Shown here one piece after another: positions 57,358 to 64,000 of a stretch of DNA of 64,000 bases; position 1 is the first letter of the stretch, and every line of letters begins with the position of its first letter. Under the pieces are notes generated by a model that was not told where the DNA came from, made no database searches, and saw nothing but the letters and a program-made list of their open reading frames with translations. The position numbers and the translations under genes were made by a program. Location: the NCBI GenBank assembly GCA_041752695.1, contig JBGSVZ010000047.1:1-64000 (forward strand). Direction: 5' to 3'. The DNA is from Terrimicrobiaceae bacterium. GTDB taxonomy: Bacteria; Verrucomicrobiota; Verrucomicrobiia; Chthoniobacterales; Terrimicrobiaceae.

Positions 57358-58065
57358 ATGGACGAGTCTGACGAGGAGCCTGGATTCTTCAAGCGTCACC
57401 GCGTGACGCTGATTGTTGCTGTTGTTGTCCTGATTGGCGGCGGGGTCTTCTACGCCATGCAGCAGCCCAAGCCGAAGAAGCGGCAGAGCGTGAGCATGGT
57501 CGATATCATGCCGGCGATGCCCCCGCCTCCGCCCACTCCGCCTCCGACGCCTCCGCCTACTCCTCCTCCCCAGGAGAACGAGCCGGAACCTGAGCAGAAG
57601 GAAGACTTCCAAGAAGAAAAACAGCCCGATGCCGCCCCGCCGCCCGAAGCCCCGCCCGAACCGGCGGCCGCCCCCATGGGCACCGATCTGGAAGGGGAGG
57701 GCGGACCGGACTTTGGCTTGGCCAAGGGTGGCGGCAGTGGCATGATCGGCGGCACAGGCACCGGCTCCGGGGCCGGCAGCGGCCGCACTAAATTTGGTTG
57801 GTACGCCGGCCAGGTGCAATCCAGCGTCGTGCGCGCTCTTCAATCCCACAAGCGCACCCGCTCCGCCAGTCTTGCCGTGAAAGTGCGCATCTGGGTGGAC
57901 AGTTCCGGCCGGGTGACCAAAGCGACTCTCGCCGGTTCCAGCGGCGATCCGGCTGTGGACCGCGCCATCCAGAGCGAAGTGCTCAATGGTCTTCAACTTC
58001 AGGAACCCCCGCCTGCAGACATGCCCATGCCCATCGTAATGCGCATCACCGCGAAGCGTCCCTGA
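57358..58065 (+). CDS. TonB-like energy transducer
   Basis: N-terminal TM, Pro-rich spacer, C-terminal VRIWVD..GRV...SSG...D domain. Confidence 0.8.
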   Translation: MDESDEEPGFFKRHRVTLIVAVVVLIGGGVFYAMQQPKPKKRQSVSMVDIMPAMPPPPPTPPPTPPPTPPPQENEPEPEQKEDFQEEKQPDAAPPPEAPPEPAAAPMGTDLEGEGGPDFGLAKGGGSGMIGGTGTGSGAGSGRTKFGWYAGQVQSSVVRALQSHKRTRSASLAVKVRIWVDSSGRVTKATLAGSSGDPAVDRAIQSEVLNGLQLQEPPPADMPMPIVMRITAKRP

Positions 58066-58078
58066 CATTTTTGTAACT

Positions 58079-60667
58079 ATGCGAACCCATTTTACCCGCC
58101 ACCGCCGATCCGCTGCCCAGTGCGTTTCTTTTTTCGCATTAGGCGCTTTGGCCACGGGCTTCCAAACCAAGGCTTTGGCCCAGGAAAATCCCCCGGCCTC
58201 GTCGCCCTATCTCACCCAGGCGGGCGGAAAGAACCGGATCTCTTTTGACTACAGCGAGCCCAGCGCCACGCCGGTTCCCGTCGTCAAACCATCCGCCACT
58301 CCCGTGCCCTCCCCGGTCAAGCTGATCCCGTTGCCAACCCCGACCCCTGCTCCCACTGTGGCGGAAATGGTTCCCACTCCTGCGCCGACCCCCACGCCAA
58401 CGCCTGAGGCAACCCCGGCCGTGGCGGAGACCGTTCCTTCGCCCACTCCCGAGCCCGTGGCGACGCCAGAGCCTACTCCAACGCCGACACCGGAACCTGT
58501 TGGGACGCCGTTCCCGACTCCCGTTCCCGTGGCGGCCGCCACCCCTGCCTCCTGGCCCACAGATCCCCTGGCCGGCCCGTCGCCTTCCTTGCGCCCTGCC
58601 ACTTCGCCGGTCCCGACCATGGTGGATTCCGCGTCGCCTCCTCCCGAACCGGAGCCCGTCGCAACGCCCCGCGCTGCCGTCCAGGCCGCCTCGACTCCCG
58701 AGGGCCCCATGCCGGTGGCCGATGCCAAGCCCAGCCCAACTCCCAGCCAGACCACGCCTCCCGCTCCCGCGGTGGTCGAGGAAACCCAGTCCACCCAGGT
58801 TGATATCGTCGCCGGGGCGGAAAACACCACCATCTCGACCGAGCCGCCCCTTGGCGGTTTGGAGACGCGTAAACCCATGACCGCTTCCGAAAGCGTGACG
58901 ATCAATCTGATCAGCAAACTGGTTGACCGCGGCATTCTGACCAAGGAAGACGCCAAGGAGATGATCGCGCAGGCCGAGGTGGAAGCCGAGACGGCCCGCG
59001 CCCAGACCCAAGCCGACATGTTTGCCCTGGCGATGACGGCGGCGTCCCAGGCCGCGGCCGACCAGATCGCCCTGGCACAGGCTAATGCCCCGGGCGGCGC
59101 CGACGACGTGCGTGTCACCTACATTCCCGAGCCAGTCAAAACCCAGATCAAGGAAGACATCAAAATGGAGCTGATCAGCGAGTCCCGCCGCAATGGGTAC
59201 GCTTTGGCTCCCCAGCTTCCCATGCCGGCCTGGGTTTCCCGCGTCCGTCCGATGCTCGACTTCCGCTTCCGTTACGAGGGAGACTTTTTCCCGGAAGGCA
59301 ACGACGCGACGGGGGCATTTCCCAATTTCAACGCCATCAATACCGGCGCACCATTTGACGTGACCGGCAACCAGTTCGCGCCGCAATACAATGTCGATCA
59401 GGACCGCAATCGTTTCCGCGTGAGGGTGCGTTTCGGTGCCGAACTCGATATGGGTGAAAATCTCACTGCCGGTGTGCGGGTCGCCACGGGCGAAAACAAC
59501 TCCCCCGTTTCCACCAACCAGACCGTGGGACTCGCCAATCAGGGCCAGGGCGGCAATTTCAGCCGCTACGCCATCTGGCTCGACCGCGCCTTCCTCCGCT
59601 ACGACCTCGGACCCCGTCCGTGGCTGAAACAGGAGTTGGAAACCAGCGGAAAGAAAGTGGTCGGCCCGGTGCGCGAACGCTCCCGGCCCACCGACTGGGG
59701 CGTGTCCCTCTGGGTCGGGCGTTTCGACAATCCCTTTTTCGGCACCAGCCTGATTTGGGATGACGACCTGGGCTTTGACGGTCTGGCGATGCAGGCCCAC
59801 TACGAAGTCCTGGACGGCGTGACTCCGTTCCTCACGGCCGGTGTCTTCCCCGTTTACAATACCGACTTCAACTACTCGTCCAACCAGCCCGCCAAATTCG
59901 CGAGCTATGACAAATACCTGATGGGCGGCCAGATCGGCATCGACATCGAGGCGGTCAAGGACTGGCGTCTGAAAGTTGCGGCGGCCTATTATTATTTCCA
60001 CAACATCGAAGGCAAACTCTCAACTCCCTATTCGCCGCAAAGTGCCAATGACGCGAGCGACACGGACAACAGCCGCCCGTCGTTTGCGCAAAAAGGCAAT
60101 ACCTACTTCCCCATCCGCCAGATCATTCCGGACGCGAGCAATCAGTTCGGCGCGATCAACCAGTGGCAGTATTACGGACTGGCCACCGAGTTCCAGGAAA
60201 TCGCCTTCACCGCACGGCTTGACTACAACGGTTTTGAGCCGGTTCAGGTCTCCCTCATTGGCGAATACGTGCAGAACCTGAAATTTAACCAGTCGGACAT
60301 CGACCTCATCGCCGTGAACAATCGCGGCGCACTGGACGACACTCTGGCCAACGACATCGGGTCCTTCGACGGCAGCGGTTCGGGATGGTACATCGAACTG
60401 CGCGTGGGAACCCCGGCCTTCAAGAAAGCGTGGGACTGGCGTCTTCTCGCCAACTATCGCTGGATCGGTTCGGACGCCACCGTGGATGCCTTCAACGATT
60501 CCGACTTCGGTCTGGGCGGCACCAATATGAAGGGCTTCACCGTTGGCGGGGCCGTGGCCTTTTCGCCCCACCTTTGGATGAGCCTGCGTTGGATGGGGGC
60601 GGAGAGCCTCGCCGGTCCGCAGTTTAAATCCAACATCATCCAGTGGGACCTTCACTCCGAATTCTAA
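58079..60667 (+). CDS. Putative porin with long Pro/Thr-rich N-terminus
   Basis: NLI..LV.RGIL, VRVTYIPE, DFRFRYE, R.RFRVR, PVSTNQT, DSDFGLGGTN.KG; terminal Phe. Confidence 0.8.
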   Translation: MRTHFTRHRRSAAQCVSFFALGALATGFQTKALAQENPPASSPYLTQAGGKNRISFDYSEPSATPVPVVKPSATPVPSPVKLIPLPTPTPAPTVAEMVPTPAPTPTPTPEATPAVAETVPSPTPEPVATPEPTPTPTPEPVGTPFPTPVPVAAATPASWPTDPLAGPSPSLRPATSPVPTMVDSASPPPEPEPVATPRAAVQAASTPEGPMPVADAKPSPTPSQTTPPAPAVVEETQSTQVDIVAGAENTTISTEPPLGGLETRKPMTASESVTINLISKLVDRGILTKEDAKEMIAQAEVEAETARAQTQADMFALAMTAASQAAADQIALAQANAPGGADDVRVTYIPEPVKTQIKEDIKMELISESRRNGYALAPQLPMPAWVSRVRPMLDFRFRYEGDFFPEGNDATGAFPNFNAINTGAPFDVTGNQFAPQYNVDQDRNRFRVRVRFGAELDMGENLTAGVRVATGENNSPVSTNQTVGLANQGQGGNFSRYAIWLDRAFLRYDLGPRPWLKQELETSGKKVVGPVRERSRPTDWGVSLWVGRFDNPFFGTSLIWDDDLGFDGLAMQAHYEVLDGVTPFLTAGVFPVYNTDFNYSSNQPAKFASYDKYLMGGQIGIDIEAVKDWRLKVAAAYYYFHNIEGKLSTPYSPQSANDASDTDNSRPSFAQKGNTYFPIRQIIPDASNQFGAINQWQYYGLATEFQEIAFTARLDYNGFEPVQVSLIGEYVQNLKFNQSDIDLIAVNNRGALDDTLANDIGSFDGSGSGWYIELRVGTPAFKKAWDWRLLANYRWIGSDATVDAFNDSDFGLGGTNMKGFTVGGAVAFSPHLWMSLRWMGAESLAGPQFKSNIIQWDLHSEF

Positions 60668-61290
60668 TGAAAAAGCTCCTTTGCCTTCTCACTCTTATTG
60701 GCCTGACCGCTCACGCCCAGGAAGAGGTAAACCCGGTCGAGCAAAAGCTCCGCGAGGGCTTGCGTAATATTACGCTCCAGCTGCGCGAAGCCCAGAACCA
60801 GACCGCCGCCGCGCAGGCCGCCCAGGCCGAAAGCGAACGCAAGATCAAGGAACTCGAGTCCCGCGTGGAAACGCTCAACAAGCAGGCTGTGGCGGACCGA
60901 AATACCTCCGCCAACATGATCTCCGATCTGAAGACCCAGGTGCAGGAACAGGGGGCCGTTAATCAGGCCTATCTCGTCGCCGTGGCGAAATGGAAAAAGG
61001 CCTACACCGAGGTTACCGCCCTGGCGTCCAAGAAGGAAGCGGAGCGGGTCAAACTCGAAGCCAAAGCGGCCAAGCTCACCCAGCAGGTGGAGGACCAGAA
61101 AATGAAAAACATCGCCATGTTCAAAATGGGCATGGAAGTCCTCGACCGCTACGAAGCCTTCGGTCTCGGCGACGCCCTCCTTGCCCGCGAACCCTTCGTC
61201 GGAACCACCCGCGTAAAATTCCAGAACCTTGTCCAGGAATACGCCGACAAACTGGCCGACCAACGCATCAAACCACAGATCCAACCATGA
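60667..61290 (+). CDS. Secreted coiled-coil protein
   Basis: Signal peptide, heptads, C-terminal REPFVG..RVK.QNL.Q.Y.D; overlaps the porin stop. Confidence 0.75.
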   Translation: MKKLLCLLTLIGLTAHAQEEVNPVEQKLREGLRNITLQLREAQNQTAAAQAAQAESERKIKELESRVETLNKQAVADRNTSANMISDLKTQVQEQGAVNQAYLVAVAKWKKAYTEVTALASKKEAERVKLEAKAAKLTQQVEDQKMKNIAMFKMGMEVLDRYEAFGLGDALLAREPFVGTTRVKFQNLVQEYADKLADQRIKPQIQP

Positions 61291-62192
61291 AAAAACCATC
61301 CCTTTATTCGCTCCTGCCCTGCGCCGCCCTTGGCCTCGGGCTCACCCTCACCGCCGCGCCCGCGGCTGACACCGACGTGATCGCGGAAGTCGGAACCCAG
61401 CCGGTTATTGCCGGCGAACTGGTCCCGTTCTTCGAAAATATCACCGCGACCCAAAAAGACGCTCTCAAACAAAACCCGGCCGCTCTCAATCAAACGGTCC
61501 GGCTTCTCCTCCTGCAAAAGGTTTTGCTCAAGGAAGCCGAGGCCTCGGGTTGGGAAAAGCAGCCCGAAGTGGCCGAGGAACTGGCCCGGCTCCGTCAGCG
61601 CGCCATCGCGGAAAGTTACCTTCGCACCGTCGCCAAGGTGCCAGACGGCTATCCCAGCGAATCGGAACTCAAAGCGTTCTACGAATCGCGCAAAGGCAGC
61701 CTTGTTGTGCCCCGCCAGTTCCAACTCGCGCAAATTTACCTCGCCAATCCGAAAGCGGCCGACAAGGCGACGGACGAGCAGGCTCGCGCCCAACTCGAAG
61801 CCGTTGGCAAAAAGCTGAAGGCAGCCGGGGCGGACTTTGCCGCCATCGCGCGCACCGAGAGCGAAGAGCCTCAGACGGCGGCCCGCGGCGGGGAGGTAGG
61901 CTGGGTGGCCGAAGCATCACTCCAACCGGAAATTCGGGCCAAACTCGGCGCGAAGGGTTCCGTGACCGATGCGATCCGCATGGGCGAGGGATATTATTTT
62001 ATCAAGGTTCTCGATGTGCGCGAATCCCGCACGCCGACCTTCGAAGAAGCCAAACCCCAACTGACCCAGGCGATGAAGACGGAACGCTTCAAGCAGAATC
62101 AGGAAGCGTATCTCGCCAAGCTCCAGCAGCAGAACCCGATGTCGATCAACGAACTGGCGCTCTCGAAGCTCCTCGATACTCCGAAACAATAG
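61287..62192 (+). CDS. PpiC-type peptidyl-prolyl isomerase
   Basis: QLAQIY, ADFAAIAR..SE..TA.RGGEVGW. Confidence 0.85.
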   Translation: MKKPSLYSLLPCAALGLGLTLTAAPAADTDVIAEVGTQPVIAGELVPFFENITATQKDALKQNPAALNQTVRLLLLQKVLLKEAEASGWEKQPEVAEELARLRQRAIAESYLRTVAKVPDGYPSESELKAFYESRKGSLVVPRQFQLAQIYLANPKAADKATDEQARAQLEAVGKKLKAAGADFAAIARTESEEPQTAARGGEVGWVAEASLQPEIRAKLGAKGSVTDAIRMGEGYYFIKVLDVRESRTPTFEEAKPQLTQAMKTERFKQNQEAYLAKLQQQNPMSINELALSKLLDTPKQ

Positions 62193-62208
62193 CGTTCGCG
62201 CACCGCGG

Positions 62209-64000
62209 ATGGAAAAACAACCTTCGGTTTTGAGCCGGAGCGGTGGCCGGTCGGGGCGTTTTGCCCTGGCCCTGGCCGTCGCCGTCCTGGGCTGCGCCCT
62301 CAACGCGCCGTCCGGTGATATCCTGCGTGGTGGAGCCACCACCTCGGGAGCTCAACCCGGAGGGCGTCCGTCGTCCCCAGGCTCGGCCGCCGCAGCCACC
62401 GCCAACGCCAACGCGAAGGACCGCCTCGCCCGCACAACGCAGGCCATCACCTCGGTCCGGACCATGCAAACCTCGGCCGCTGCAGCCGTGGCCCCGCCCA
62501 ATGTGCCGAACGGTCTCCGTCCCGGCGGGCTCGTCGTAGCCACGGGTGCCAACGCCTTATGGCAGGGCGCCAAACCCGCGCAGAACCAGGGTTCCACCGT
62601 CTATATCAAGCAGACGGAATCTGAAGCCATCTTGCATTGGGAAACCTACAATGTCGGCGCTGGCACCACCGTCCGTTACGACCAGAGTTCCGGTGGCTCG
62701 GATTCCGGCGACTGGATTGCCTTCAACAAGGTCTTCGATCCGTCGGGCAAGCCGTCGCAGATCCTCGGCAACATCCAGGCCGAAGGTCAGGTGTACATCA
62801 TCAACCAAAACGGCATCATCTTCGGCGCAGGCAGCCAGGTGAACACCCGCACGCTGGTCGCGTCCTCCCTACCCATCAACGACAACCTCATCGAGTTGGG
62901 ACTGCTCAACAACCCGGATGCCCAATTCCTCTTTTCCGCCCTCCCGGTGCCAGGAAGTTCGTCCGGAACCCCGGAATTTGTGCCCGACCCGCCGGTCAAT
63001 GGGGTCATTGGCGACGTGGTTGTACAGGCCGGCGCACTGATTGAAAGCCCAGTCAATGCCGACGGCAATGGCGGTAGGGTCATGCTGGTAGGCCCCAATG
63101 TCACGAACGATGGCGTCATCTCCACGCCCAACGGTCAGACCATTCTCGCGGCGGGTCTGCAGGTTGGTATTGCCGCCCATGACACTAACGATCCTAGTCT
63201 GCGCGGTCTGGATGTCTGGATTGGCAGCGTGGGCAGCTACGAGGCGGCGGCCACTAACAACGGCATCATTGAAGCCCTGCAGGGCAACGTGACCATGGCC
63301 GGCAAAACGGTCAACCAGATGGGCATCATTAACAGTTCGACTGACGTGGATCTAAACGGGCGGGTTGACCTTAAGGCAAGTTATGGGGCAGTAGGGAATC
63401 CCTCTTATGACGACGTAGTGGGTTCCACCGCACCGGCATTCATCAATCAATTCACCGGCGAAGTCACTTTCGGGGAAAGCAGCGTAACGATGGTGCTGCC
63501 GAATTACGAAAGTACAAAAACCATTCCTGGATTGGAACTGCCCGAAAACTCTCAAATTAACGTCGAGGGCCTTGTTATCAATTTGAAGGCTAATTCCATC
63601 GTGCTGGCCCCGAGCGGTGACATCACCATGCGGGCGGGCACCTGGCCCTATGTGGATGTGGATGGCAACCGCACTACCGTCAACGCCAACGGCGGAGTCG
63701 GAAACTTGAACCAATTTCTTGATGGCTCGGGACAAAAGTTCCTCCTTTCCTCAGGGCAGATTTTCCTGGAACCCGGCGCCTTGGTGGACGCGACGGGCAC
63801 GACGGATGTTTTTGTGGCACTGACTCAGAGCCTTGCAGAAGTGCAACTTCGCGGTTTCGAATTGGCGGACTCTCCGTTGCAACGCGATGGCGAGATTCGC
63901 GGTATCTCGCTCATCGTGGATTTGCGGGTGACCGGCGATTATTACGGACGCACGTGGTATGGCACGCCCCTCGGTGACCTCTCCGGGGTGGTGGGATTGA
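62209..64000 (+). CDS. Filamentous haemagglutinin-family exoprotein (TpsA), 3'-partial
   Basis: Open frame from ATG 62209 to the window end (absent from the ORF track); TPS domain AILHWETYNVG..SQILGNIQAEGQVYIINQNGIIFGAGSQVN. Confidence 0.88.
   Translation, partial: MEKQPSVLSRSGGRSGRFALALAVAVLGCALNAPSGDILRGGATTSGAQPGGRPSSPGSAAAATANANAKDRLARTTQAITSVRTMQTSAAAAVAPPNVPNGLRPGGLVVATGANALWQGAKPAQNQGSTVYIKQTESEAILHWETYNVGAGTTVRYDQSSGGSDSGDWIAFNKVFDPSGKPSQILGNIQAEGQVYIINQNGIIFGAGSQVNTRTLVASSLPINDNLIELGLLNNPDAQFLFSALPVPGSSSGTPEFVPDPPVNGVIGDVVVQAGALIESPVNADGNGGRVMLVGPNVTNDGVISTPNGQTILAAGLQVGIAAHDTNDPSLRGLDVWIGSVGSYEAAATNNGIIEALQGNVTMAGKTVNQMGIINSSTDVDLNGRVDLKASYGAVGNPSYDDVVGSTAPAFINQFTGEVTFGESSVTMVLPNYESTKTIPGLELPENSQINVEGLVINLKANSIVLAPSGDITMRAGTWPYVDVDGNRTTVNANGGVGNLNQFLDGSGQKFLLSSGQIFLEPGALVDATGTTDVFVALTQSLAEVQLRGFELADSPLQRDGEIRGISLIVDLRVTGDYYGRTWYGTPLGDLSGVVGL

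Overview
GC-rich bacterial chromosome segment, most likely Verrucomicrobia, judging by the PEP-CTERM proteins, a Verru_Chthon-type pilin cassette and an H-X9-DG prepilin. (1) 1-137: right end of an IS630-family element inserted into a membrane-protein gene. (2) 0.36-23 kb: a glycan-utilisation locus (heparinase II/III-like, GH88/105, GH42, CE7, GH28-like, SGNH, GPH transporter, BNR-repeat protein, XylR-like regulator) interleaved with pilin-like genes. A TGCAA-N4-TTGCA palindrome recurs seven times in its intergenic regions. (3) 25322-38051: a compact 12.7-kb Mu-like DDE-transposase element with TG...CA imperfect inverted ends and a 4-bp TCCG flanking duplication, inserted 20 bp downstream of tRNA-Arg(CCG). 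It carries a repressor/Cro switch, a scaffold-like protein, a capsid-decoration-like protein, a tail-chaperone-like protein and a short tape measure, but no recognisable capsid, portal, terminase or tail tube. It is a candidate transposable phage satellite and the most interesting feature of the window. (4) 38.2-50 kb: core genes (tRNA-Thr, tuf, tRNA-Trp, secE, nusG with an in-frame TAG and no rplK after it, pckG, YidE-like transporter). (5) 50-64 kb: a Ser/Thr kinase-PstS-like-OmpA fusion followed by a TpsB/ExbB/ExbD/TonB/porin/PPIase/TpsA cluster running off the window. All family calls come from motif recognition by eye; no searches were run.
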